Of a DNA stretch of 64,000 nucleotides, positions 1 through 11,620 are shown piece by piece. The position numbers were made by a program, and so were the translations under genes. The notes beneath the pieces are model-generated. The model was not told the origin of the DNA and did not search any database. It saw only the letters and a list, made by a program, of their open reading frames with translations. Origin of the DNA: Octopus sinensis (taxonomy: Eukaryota); assembly GCF_006345805.1 (NCBI RefSeq), contig NC_043000.1, positions 127,844,001 through 127,908,000 of the forward strand, in the 5' to 3' direction. Position 1 is the first letter of the stretch. Every line of letters starts with the position of its first letter.

Positions 1-260
1 AACTTATTTTTAATACATCGATCTGCATGTTATTTACTTCCGAGTCAGCCCAATCAAATACACAGACCTGTAATATAAAGACATTCAAGCCTTAGCCATC
101 CTGACCTTTAGGAATAGTGTACCTTAGACTATATTATCGAATATGCTTGTTTTGAAGATAATAGATATGTGGTTTGAAGGATATTTTCATGCTATTTTCA
201 TGCTCTTTCTAGCTGGTTAAGTGATCAACAGGGGCAACTTCTTTGGCTCATCACTATGGT
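1..260 (-). mobile_element. Diverged interspersed repeat fragment (family D, SINE-tail-like)
   Basis: Shares motifs (gacattcaagcc..gccatcctg, ctagactat) with segments near 5660-5750, 16740-16880, 42320-42400, 62490-62710 and 63700-63890. Confidence 0.5.
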
Positions 261-584
261 GTGTTGCAAGGCAAAGTCAACCTCATAAAGGTTGTTTTGG
301 TGAAGCATTGTGTGATACCATGTGTGTGTGTTTATTAAAATGTAGTTTTAGTGAAGCATTGTGTGATATCGTGTATGAGTGTACACAACAGATTTCTCTT
401 TCAATTCCCCTTGCTACCACATCCACTCCCAAAACGTTTGTCGGACCATGGCTATTATAGAAGATACCTGCCCAAGGTGTCATGCAGGAGGACTGAACAC
501 AGAACCATGTGACTGGGAAGCACACTTCTCAACCACACAGCCACACCTGCACCAAGCACCTTTCAAGCATGGGTTATTGCCAGT

Positions 585-852
585 GCCACTTGACTGGCTC
601 CCATGTCGGTGGCACATAAAAAGCACCATTCAAGTGTGGTCAATGCCAGTAATGCCTGAATGGCCCTCATGCTGGTGGCACATAAAAAGCACCTGCTACA
701 CTCTGAGAGTGGTTGGCATTAGGAAGGGCATCCAGCTAAGAAACCTTGCCAGATCAGATTGGAGTCTGGCGCAGCCTCCTGGCTTGCCAGTCTTCAGTCA
801 AATTGTCCAACCCATGCCAGTATGGAAAGCGGATGTTAAACAATGATGATGA
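585..852 (+). mobile_element. Family B SINE-like retroposon ending in a (TGA)n tail
   Basis: gtggttggcattaggaagggcatccagct...caacccatgccagtatggaaagcggatgttaaacaatgatgatgat, repeated many times in the window. Confidence 0.85.
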
Positions 853-1456
853 TTCTTATGACAATTTCATGCTATATCTTCTTTTACCAGTTTTTCACTT
901 ATTTTAATTATATTTGGAGATAAAAGCCTTTTATCACAGTTTCACAGTACCAATCATAGCAAATGCTGTTATACACTGCTGGTCACAATGCACTTCCAAT
1001 TCTGTCTTGATTGCACCATTCTTTTCCTTCTTGACCCAAATTGCATGACTAAATCATCTTCCCATCATCATTGAGGCCTTCCAAATGGCTTTTTCCAATC
1101 TCTTAGATACCACACAGCAATGAAAGCTAAAATATAATTCAGTGTTTAATCCAACATCATCTTGAGGATGTTAAATTTAGGCATGATATAAAAATCCACT
1201 TGCCTGGTCATTTTTACAACCAACTTGTAGCTGCCAAAGATACTTATGCAGTACAATCCATCATTTGTAGTAACAATAATCTAGATAGACTTCAATGTCA
1301 AGTGAAATTTGAATTGCTTCATTCTTTGACAAGTTGTTGACATAGAAGTAACTGTAAAGTGACAAAGTCCTAGGCTGTGGCAAATAGGTGCATATCACGA
1401 GAAATGAGATTGGGGCATTCACAAAGAACGGACACTTGAATGAAGTATATCTTTAA

Positions 1457-1675
1457 CCCTTTCATTACCAACCTGGCTGAAACCGGCTCTGGCTCTGTAG
1501 TACAAATGTCTTGTTTTCATAAGTTTTGAATTAAAACCTACCAAACCTTAGTCACAATTTATGTTCCTAACACTAGCTTAATGATAACTAAGTTATTTTA
1601 CTAAATTCTTTGTTATATTTAAAATTAATTGAAAGAAACACAAAGCATCTCAACAGAAATACGGTAATGAAAGGG
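1457..1675. mobile_element. piggyBac-like MITE (219 bp)
   Basis: Perfect 13-bp TIRs ccctttcattacc / ggtaatgaaaggg, flanked by TTAA at 1453-1456 and 1676-1679. No ORF. Confidence 0.85.
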
Positions 1676-2640
1676 TTAATGAATAAATAGTTTTGTTTAT
1701 TTGTTGAAATTATTAAATATATCTCAAAATGCATCAGATCACCACCACCAACATTTTCATGTCCACATTTTCCTTGCTGGCATGTTAACCAGACAAGACT
1801 TCATAAGGCAGTAAGTAATACTACATCCCAGCAGCAGGATTAGAATTCAGAACATAAAGAATCGGAAGAAATACCACTAAGCATTTTGTCCAAAGCTTTA
1901 ACAATTCTGCTAGTCCACAAAATAATGTCCTGTAATTAGTTAGTTTGTTGATGTTTAGTTGGAGATTTTTGTCTTCATTTAATCTGGTTAAAGATGGCAG
2001 CTTACTTAAGAATCCAAATATTTTATTCCATCACTGTACTGTACTGTGCCTCTGACAAAATAAAAATGAAGCACACAATGGCCCGATCACTTGATGTGAA
2101 CAGGAACCACAAAGCAGTATATTTGTGAACAGGAACCACAAAGCACCATTGTAAGCTTGTTGATAAGAAAAAGGAACGTGTTGCTGGTACTGGCTTGTGC
2201 CTATAGCTGAGACACATAACACCGAATGGCTCAGGTCAACTAACTGCAAATAGGTGCCACAGGATGAAATGAGACACTACTGTAGAGAGGTTCATAGCCT
2301 TGCATTGCTGGATTCAGTTACACCGACAGAAGAAAACTGCCAGTGATAGAATGATGACCTATCAAAAAAGAAATGTCTTCTTTGTGTGTTTAACATCTTG
2401 GAAAGGAAATCTGCAAACTGGACTAAAAGAATGTAGAGGTCCCCGAGGAAAAGTAACCATCCAAATATAACAGTGGAAATACTACACAACCAACTAACAA
2501 GAGATTTGCTAACTTACATTGCAAACTTTAAATCCTTCCACCAGGACCAAGAGAAAACAATGGAAAACCCAATCCAGTATACCCTAACTTGAATCATTAA
2601 ATGAAGACAAAAATCTTCAACTGAACATCAAAAAACTAAC

Positions 2641-3036
2641 TCTTTACTTGTTTCGGTCATTTGACTGCAGTCATGCTGGAGCACCGCCTTCAGTCGAGCA
2701 AATCGACCCCAGGACTTATTCTTTGTAAGCCTAGTACTTATTCTATCGGTCTATTTTGCCGAACCACTAAGTTACAGGGACGTAAACTCACCAGCATCGG
2801 TTGTCAAGCGATGTTGGGGGGACACAGACACACAAACATATACACACACATACATGTATATATACATATACACGAAAGGTTTCTTTCAGTTTCCATCTAC
2901 CAAATCCACTCACAAGGCTTTGATTGGCCCGAGGCTATAGTAGAAGACACTTGCCCAAGGTGCCATACAGTGGGACTGAACCACGAACCATGTGGTTGGT
3001 AAGCAAGCTACTTATCACACAACCACTCCTATGCCT
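2641..3036 (-). mobile_element. Family A tRNA-headed SINE, full length
   Basis: On the minus strand, A-box-like tggttgtgtgataag and B-box-like ggttcagtccc, an internal (CA/TA)n and the tail gaaacaagtaaaaga. Near-identical to copies at 8.5, 19.2, 53 and 61 kb. Confidence 0.92.
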
Positions 3037-3415
3037 AACCAATTACAGGACATTATTTTGTGGACTAGCAAAATTGTTAAAGCTTTGGACAAAATGCTTA
3101 GAGGTATTTCTTCCAACGCTTTATGTTCTGAATTCTAATCCTGCTGCGGTCAACTTTGCTTTTCAACCTTTTGGGTTCAGTATAATAAAGTACTCATGAT
3201 AGTAAGATTGTAGTTTCAATTCCTGGACCAGGAGACATGTATTCTTGAGCAAAACATTTCATTTCATGTTGCTCCAATCCACTCAGCTGGTAAAAATGAG
3301 TAATCCTGCAATTACAATGAACCAGCATCCTGTCCAGGGAGGGATACACCAGAGAAACCAGCCCTATCACTCCTTATAGAGCGATGTGGACTAAGCACAA
3401 TATAGAAATACTTAC

Positions 3416-3519
3416 CCATCACCTCGCAATAACTTGGGATCAAAATATCGAAAATCTTCAATTTCTGGTAAAGATTTCAGTTCCATCAAAGCATCAACAA
3501 TTCGAGTCACTGGAAGATT
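3416..3519 (-). CDS. SCFD1: SCFD1 internal coding exon (104 nt): NLPVTRIVDALMELKSLPEIEDFRYFDPKLLRGD(G)
   Basis: Acceptor tgttctttcag, donor gtaagt. Phase 0 in. Matches human NLPVTRILDNLMEMKSNPETDDYRYFDPKMLRGN. Confidence 0.96.
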
Positions 3520-4509
3520 CTGAAAGAACAAAGATAACTTTTCATATATCTTGATAGTTTACATTTCAGATTTCATTAAATATTTCTGCAATATTTTCAT
3601 GTCAATGTAACCAGCTAAACTACAATGTATCTGGCACTTCTAAATAGGTTTTGTTTTTGTTTTCAATTACCATTAAGCATGATTAAGAGCCCAAAAAAAC
3701 AAAAAATCAATCTGATGTACTGAACATAAGTTTTAGTTTTCACTAGGAAATTGTTTATTATGCTACTTGTCACAACTGAAGGATATATTACATCGATCAA
3801 TACGTATGACATAGCCTTAGGCCAATCAAAGCCTTGTGGGTGGATTTGGTAGACAGAAATTGAAAGAAGTGTGTGTGTGTTTCTGATGTTCCCTACAACT
3901 GCTTGACAACTAGTATTGGTATGTTTGCATCATTGTAACTTAGCAGTTTGATAAAAGAGACTAATAGGGTCAACATCGGGCTTAAAAAAGTACTGAGTCT
4001 AATTCCTTCAACTAAATACTCTTCCAGGCAATGCCCCAGCATGGCCATAGTGTAATGACTGACACAAGGTAAATAATATATATGAAAGGAAAATAGGTGG
4101 TGGTTGTTGTAGATGATGATGATAATGCTGGTGGTAGTGGTGGTACTGGCAATGATGATGAAGATATTGCAGAATAGCAGATGTGAGAGATCTAAGTAGC
4201 ACCATCAATCAACTTTCTGGGACAATGATGGCAGCAAGCACCCCGCCCCACCCCCACCAATAGATGTGGGGGGGAGGGGTGATGTGTCACCCAAGGACAG
4301 GAGATGTCAAAGATAAGCCACAATCTACACATACACATCCAATGACAATAACACACAAATATCAGTAAATATAATATAATCCATTTACACACACACACAC
4401 ACACACATACATACATACATACATACAAACACATGCACAACCAAAGAGTATATAAACTCTACATGGTCACCTATCCTGCAAGAAACAGCAGCCAAATAAC
4501 ACCCTATTA

Positions 4510-4740
4510 TCATCATCATTCAATGTTCACTTTTCCATGTTTGCATGGGTTGGGACAGAAATTTTGAAGCAGATTTTCTACAGCTGGATGCTCTTCCTGC
4601 TGTCAACCTTCACCTGTTTCCAAACAAGGTAATATTTTCACTGAAGTTTGGAAATGAAGGACATCACTCATATAGCAGTGACATTTGTTTTAAACTATCA
4701 CATGAAATTAAGGCAAGGGGACAGTAACACACACACACAC
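4510..4740 (-). mobile_element. Family B-related SINE (variant with tgtttccaaacaaggtaatatt)
   Basis: catcatcattcaatgttcacttttccatg...ctacagctggatg. Similar copies near 16140, 23595, 24785, 45835 and 47125. Confidence 0.75.
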
Positions 4741-5480
4741 ACACATATGTATACACACACAAATATATAGACACAAAAATACACACACATGTATAGACAC
4801 GCAAATACATGCACACACGTATAAACACGCAAATATATGCACACACGTATAGATACGCGAATACACGCACGCACGTATAGACACGCGAATACACGCACAC
4901 ACGTATAGACACGCGAATACACGCACACACGTATAGACACGCGAATACACGCACACACGTATAGACATGCAAATACACGCACACACGTATAGACACGCAA
5001 ATACACGCATGCACGTATAGACACGCGAATACATGCACACACGTATAGACACGCAAATACACACACACACGTATAGACACAAATACACACGCACGTATAG
5101 ACACACAAATACACACGCACGTATAGACACACAAGTACACACACACGTATAGACACACAAGTACACACACACGTATAGACACACAAGTACACACACACGT
5201 ATAGACACACAAGTACACACACACGTATAGACACACAAATACACACACACGTATAGACACACACAAATACACACGCACGTATAGACACACAAGTACACAC
5301 ACACGTATAGACACACAAGTACACACACACGTATAGACACACAAGTACACACACACGTATAGACACACAAGTACACACACACGTATAGACACACAAATAC
5401 ACACACACGTATAGACACACAAATACACACACTCATGTATAGATACACAAATACACACAAATGTATAGGCACACACACAC
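4725..5480. repeat. CA-rich minisatellite, 28-bp units then 24-bp units
   Basis: Blocks of acacgcacacacgtatagacacgcgaat followed by acacacacgtatagacacacaagt. Source of ORFs 4664-5602, 4698-5432 and 4708-5511. Confidence 0.95.
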
Positions 5481-7261
5481 GTTCCTTTGAATTTCCAACT
5501 ACCAAATCCACTTATAAGGCTTTGGTTGGCCTGTAGAAGACAGGTGCCATGCCATGGGACTGAACCCAAGACCATATGGTTGGGAAGCAAACATCTTACC
5601 ACACTGCCATGTCTGCACCTATCATCTGAAAAAATGGATAGACATTAAATAATGTAATTGTAGATATCCCTTAAAAAGACAGCATGCTCATGGTTGGAAT
5701 GACTTTGAACATAGGTCTACTCAATCAGGGTTGACCCAGGATTAAACAATAATGGCAACAACCGCCAAAGATCCTCTGGACATCATAGAATGTAATTCTA
5801 TGAGGGTGTGAAAGAAGTGCGTGGGGATTTACGCAACGTAGAAGATAACAACTTCTAAGTAGTTTCCATCTAGCAAGAAAACCAAAAACTGTATTAACTG
5901 GCAGCAATATTCTTTATGGCAAGTGTATTGGATTACAATATAATAATTTTAGTAAAGTAATATGGTGAATGGTGGAAGGAATAGTGGCAAAAAACCATTC
6001 TTTTATATAGACCATCATAAAATATGCCCATTGTTCAAATGGTTGAATATATAAGAGGCTGAATCAATTACCCATGGGAAAAGAATTCTTATGCCAAAGA
6101 AAACAAATTTATTAGTAAAAGAAAGAAAAAAATGTACTAATCTACCAAAAGAGAATTCTTCTCCACTCCTTTCTTCACTTCAAGACAAAAGTTAAATGTG
6201 TATTCACCTAGAAACATATTTATTTATTCATATCCATCTGATATTTCCATATGTTGTCTCCTCATTGATATTGCAGTGGGATTGGTAGAGAGCATATAAT
6301 AAAATATTGATATTCTGTAAAGGATAATCACTAAATTTTGTGTTCAAATCCACCTAGGATGTTTTTTTATTTGTTTCTCTTATCATTACATGATTTCTCT
6401 TTTCCTTTTTTTTAACCCTAATTACCAGAGACTTACAAACAGCTTGCTTATGCAAATGCTATAAACTGAAAGCTCCGCATATTGGACATCAGTAATTTTC
6501 AGGGGTCATCAACAGAGAATGCACACAGCTTCTGGGCCTTCCTCTCAACAGCTTTACAGGGCACTGGCTCCCTTGACAGATATAAGGTCCCCATCTACTG
6601 GGTCAACTGACTAATATTTGATCTTAATTCTTTCAACCCAGGATCATCAGTACCATTCCAAATGTAGAGTGATTCAGGTCTGACTTGCAAGGTGGGGGTA
6701 TTTTCCATACTTACCATTTTTAAATAATTAAAAAAAAGGAGACAATCATTATTGTAAAATGCTGGTTACATAGGATACTATGTTGACAGAGTTGCTCTTC
6801 ATTGTAACCACGGAGAAATTAATTTTGAGTTTCTCAGATTAACTCAGCTGCTTTAGTCAGTCTTGAGTTCAAAAATAAATTTCATAGATGAGGGACAGTT
6901 AGTAGTGCCAGATGTCTCTAGTACCATTGGAACTTACTTTTTTTCATTTGATGTAAGTCTGCTCTCAATCAGGGCTGCCCAGGAGCTAAATAGCAATCTA
7001 CATGCAAGTAAAATTATTTGTGTCCAGGACACATTACAACATTAGTGACAGAATATAAACCGTCACTCTCTTTATTAGTTGCCCAACACGCTAATCAAGT
7101 CAATCTGGTTTATTTTATGACCAGCTTTACATATACATGGCAATATCTAAGACAATTAATTGAGAATGACTGGGCTCAAATGTTGCAATTTATGGAATAA
7201 ATAATTTGAGATGGATTTCAATCAAAAGATGTTTCTAGAACAGAGAAGAAAATGTTCTTAC

Positions 7262-7337
7262 ATGTTTTTTCACAACAAGGTTCTTTACGCCTTCCATAAC
7301 AAATTGGGAACCCTGGTTCATCAGTTTGGAAAACATT
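7262..7337 (-). CDS. SCFD1: SCFD1 internal coding exon (76 nt): (G)MFSKLMNQGSQFVMEGVKNLVVKKH
   Basis: Acceptor ttttattttccag, donor gtaaga. Lies inside track ORF 7235-7429. GSQFVMEGVKNLV is the conserved SCFD1 motif. Confidence 0.96.
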
Positions 7338-8543
7338 CTGGAAAATAAAATGACAAAGTTTTTGTTCAGAGAAAAATTGGCAAGAATAAGGATTTCTAGC
7401 ATACAATACTTGGTAGTATAAAAACACACATCAATTTCAGCAGCACATATTCAGGAAAAAGTTTTTTTAGTGCTTTAAGACATGTAATATTTAAAGCAAC
7501 TTTGAATATAGGACTGGCATGTGATATTTTTAAGATTTGGAGGGGGATATGCATCTTGTATGCCATTAAATATGATGGGTATAAGAGCACCTGTTTTTTT
7601 GTTTTATTTTTTTGTAAGGTGGAAGAAACAATTATGTCACCCTAGTACACAACTAGTACTTAGATGAACAGTAAAGTTGCATCCCCCATCCAACTGGAAT
7701 TCAGACATAACTACATACCGAGAAACATTTTATCTGTCACTGAATGCACCATTAACAGATAAAAGCTGCCTCTGAACTCAATATTAAGGGCTTCTACAAT
7801 TGACAGAAAGTCACAAATTTATATGTAAAGAAAGCAGGGCCGTGGACTGAAATATATCAAAGACAAGTTAAAGAAAGTCAACTTCGGTAGAACTTGAAAT
7901 ATTTATGTAATAGAATAATTAAATACCATTAGTAGAACAGTGGTCTAAATACCTAAGTGTGCCACTCCACTACATTCCTAACAACATGTCTGCATAGTTT
8001 AGATATAGGTCTTCAGTAAAAAATATATCAACCATTAACCTGTGCAGTAGAGTGTCATATTATTAGAAGCAGACCTCAATTATTTTCTTAATGCAATCAC
8101 ACCCAGACAATCCTGCAACTAGTTTCATATTTATAAAACGTTCCTTTTTCAACAATGTAATTTATCTGTATATACATTTATGCATTCATATCAGTTCTGA
8201 CTAAAGCATAGAAAAGATAAACAACATTCTGTTCTAAATATAATTTGCTTCCATAAGAACATTATAAGACTCAGTGGGACTGTGAAGAAAAAGTTTCAAT
8301 TTTCCTAATTGAAAGTATTATCACATGAGATTGTATTTTTTTTTTTTCAACCTATATACTATAACTGATCCATGCCAGATTGTGTGGCTAATGTTTATTT
8401 ACATGTAACATAAGCAGTGCAGTGAGAAGTGTAAAATCAGCAGTTTATTCACAAAGAATAACTTGGAATAAGTTAACTCTTACAGAATTTTGTAAAGAAG
8501 TAACAATCTTTAGCTTGAAATAGTGATAGCCTTGTGTGTATTA

Positions 8544-8959
8544 TTCTTTTACTTGTTTCAGTCATTTGACTGCGGCCATGCTGGAGCACCACCTTCAGTC
8601 GAGCAAATCGACCCCAGGACTTATTATTTGTAAGCCTAGTACTTATTCTATCGGTCTATTTTGCCGAACCGCTAAGTTACGGGGACGTAAACACACCAAC
8701 ATCAGTTGTCAAGCGATGTTGGGGGGACACAGACACACAAACATATACACACACATACATATTTATATATTTATTTATATATATATATATATATATACGA
8801 CGGGCTTCTTTCAGTTTCCATCTACCAAATCCACTCAAGGCTTTGGTTGGCTCAAGGCTATAGTAAAAGACACTTGCCCAAGGTGCCACGCAGTGGGACT
8901 GAACCCGGAATCATGTGGTTGGTAAGCAAGCTACTTACCACATAGCCACTCCTGTGCCT
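8544..8959 (-). mobile_element. Family A tRNA-headed SINE, full length
   Basis: Same structure as 2641-3036, with an internal (TA)n. Confidence 0.92.
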
Positions 8960-9002
8960 AATGTATTATCATTATTATTATTATTATTATCATTATTATT
9001 AT

Positions 9003-9290
9003 TAAGGCAGTGAGTTGACAGAATTGTATCACATTGGACAAAATGCTTAGCAGCATTTCATCTGTCTTTACATTCTGAGTTCAAATGCCGCTGAGGTTAA
9101 CTCTGCCTGTCACCCCAGTACTTAAATAGTAATCCCAAAAGGGATCAATAAAAAAAAAATCAATAAAAAAAGGGGACAATAAAAAAGAGTCAATAAAAGA
9201 AAGTACCAGTTGAGCACTGGGGTTGATTGTAATCAAGTAAACTCTCCCCAAAAATTGCTGGCCTTGTGCCAAAATTTGAAATCAATATTT
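9003..9290 (+). mobile_element. Family C tRNA-headed SINE, diverged
   Basis: aaggcagtgagttgacagaa...ctgagttcaaatgcc (B-box)...ggggttgattgtaatcaag. Reverse complement of the copies at 25.3 and 45.1 kb. Confidence 0.75.
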
Positions 9291-11029
9291 TCCTATGACC
9301 AGACATGTTTTCATGAAAGACTGGAAATGAAAGACAGTTTGTAAGACTGTGACACTTGCAACTATCATGCAATGTCAAAGTGGGGAAATGGTCATACACA
9401 TACACACACATACACACACACACACAGAGGCACCTTTTAGTTTTTATCTAGCAAATCCATTCACAAGGGTTCTGGTCAACCCAAAGCTATAGTAGAAGAC
9501 TACTACAAGGTGCTGTGCAGTGGGACTGAACCTGAAATGATGTGGAAGAAAAACAAACTTCTTACCACACGACAATTAAGAAGAAACAGTTTCTAAAAAA
9601 CGTTTTCAAGAAAAGGACTACAAAAATGATATGCATCTTACAAGTCATCCAGTTTGGCAGTTAAAGCCACTCTGAAGATAAATAAGGATTTCTTCACCCA
9701 TGCCGGTGCCACATAAAAAGTGCCCAATACACTCTGTAAAGTGGTTGGTTAGAATTAGGAAGGCATAGAAACCATACCAAAACAGACAAATGGAGCCTAG
9801 TTCAGCTGGCCAGCTCCTGTCAGACTGTCTAATTTATGCCAGCATGGAAAACGAATGTTAAATGATGATGATGATAAAGATTATATACTTGTAGAGTGGT
9901 GAGTGTGTACAGTCAACTGAATAGCCAAGAGGTACATTTATGAAACTTATTTCTGATGAGAGTGAAATACAAAGCAAAACTGACTCCAACAGGAATTGAA
10001 CTTAGAAATGTCGGAATACCAGTACTTAATTTTGGCTCCTTATGTTCTATCACCTCCTGCTATTTGAAGATAAATTATAACAACAATGGTTGTTTCTAAT
10101 GAAAACAATATTGCTGTCGCTACTGATGATGATGAGGTAGAGGAGGTGGAGGAAAAGGAAGGGCGATGATAATGAAGAAGACCACAAGACAAACAGTGAT
10201 GAGAAGACTGATGATGGGTGATGATATCTTTATTTGCCATAAAAGCAGAAATTGAATAAATAAATAGAAAAGCAAACAGTTAAACAGACAATTAGAAATT
10301 GAGTTTGTGAAATAAAAATAATTACGATTACGGTGATGGAGTGTTGGTAGAGGAAGAGATGAAAATGATGATGGTGAACTCATAGTAAAAGTAGAAATGA
10401 AAAAGTACAATTGTTCTACATCAGTGAAAGGGACATGGTGTATAAAAAAGGAGTTATACAATTTCTACAATCTATTTATTAAACTGAAGTATCCCCCACT
10501 GCTGTCTGTTTATTGAAACCTACTGAATGTGCAGCCAAGTGGTCATTTAAGTTCAAGCCTCAGTGATCACTGCTGACATAATCGCTCAATGAAAGCTATT
10601 TGACGAGATTTAGCACGTGGTCAATGTTTTAACACACCGCAGGACAATACGTTGCACCAATATAACAATATCAATTATTAAATGCAACACCCACGTAGAC
10701 AATGCAGGAAATCAATATTGGTTAATTGTCAAACAATGCTTATCGTCTGGCAGGTGTTTTAGAACAGAATTGCGTTCAACCATGTGAAAATTTACAAAAT
10801 TCTGTTTATTCGCAAACACTATTCCTGTCCTTTTTTTTTTTTCTCACTCATTTCATTAAATACCTGTTCAACAGGTTTAGCTGATAAATTCTCTCCACAT
10901 TACTTTCTGTTGTTTAGGTCAACATCTCATTAACCTTTATCCAGTCCCTTTCCCCTATTATTAAATTCAACTTTAGCCTTCAAAGGACTATCCCCAACCA
11001 AGATACAAAATATATATATATATTTTGTA

Positions 11030-11240
11030 TCGTCATCATCGTCATTTAACGTCCGTTTTCCATGCTAGCATGGGTTGGACTTTTCAACCAGGTTCTAGGA
11101 AGCCAGGAGGCTGCACCAGGCTCTAGTCTGATCTTGCAATGTTTCTACAGCTGAATGTCCTTCCTAATGCCAACCACTCCATGAGTGTAGTGGGTGCTTT
11201 TTACGTGCCACTGGCACAGGTGCTAGGGGAGGCTGGCAAC
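11030..11240 (-). mobile_element. Family B SINE
   Basis: cgtcatcatcgtcatttaacgtccgttttccatgctagcatgggttgg...ttttacgtgccactggcac. Confidence 0.88.
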
Positions 11241-11348
11241 TGCCACAATAAGGACCAGATTTTCAAAAAAATAAGAACTGAGGTCAATTTGTTTGATCAA
11301 AAAACTTTGCAAGACATTACTCCAGCATGGTCAGAGTCCAATAACTGA

Positions 11349-11398
<50 letters not shown>

Positions 11399-11415
11399 CA
11401 CACACACATATATAC

Positions 11416-11620
11416 ACTCAGAGTTTCACGTTCCCGTTGGTCAGAGTTTTGTTTAGAATTCTAAACAAAACTGTCTGACAAATGGGAATGTGAAACTGAG
11501 TAACAGTTTTTGTGATATTTCTGCTGCTTTTTGATAAAGCCTATTACTTTACCTCTGGTATTCGAGTACTATTTTTTCCACCTTGTTTCGCATATATGTG
11601 CTTACTCTGGTATATATATA
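11416..11620. mobile_element. Palindromic insertion with a decayed hammerhead motif, between TA microsatellites
   Basis: Inverted arms 11416-11455 and 11462-11501 around gaattc. The + arm reads aaaactgt-CTGACAA-ATG ggaa TGT-GAAAC-tga-GTA-acagtttt. Confidence 0.7.

Noticed and set aside
2661-3199. Recurrent ORFs containing EDTCPRCH or SSKSTPGLIL
   Set aside because: These are translations of family A SINE copies, not a gene family.
4664-5602. Cys/Val-rich proteins
   Set aside because: Translation of a CA/GT minisatellite. The same applies to 23957-24829 and 53045-54023.
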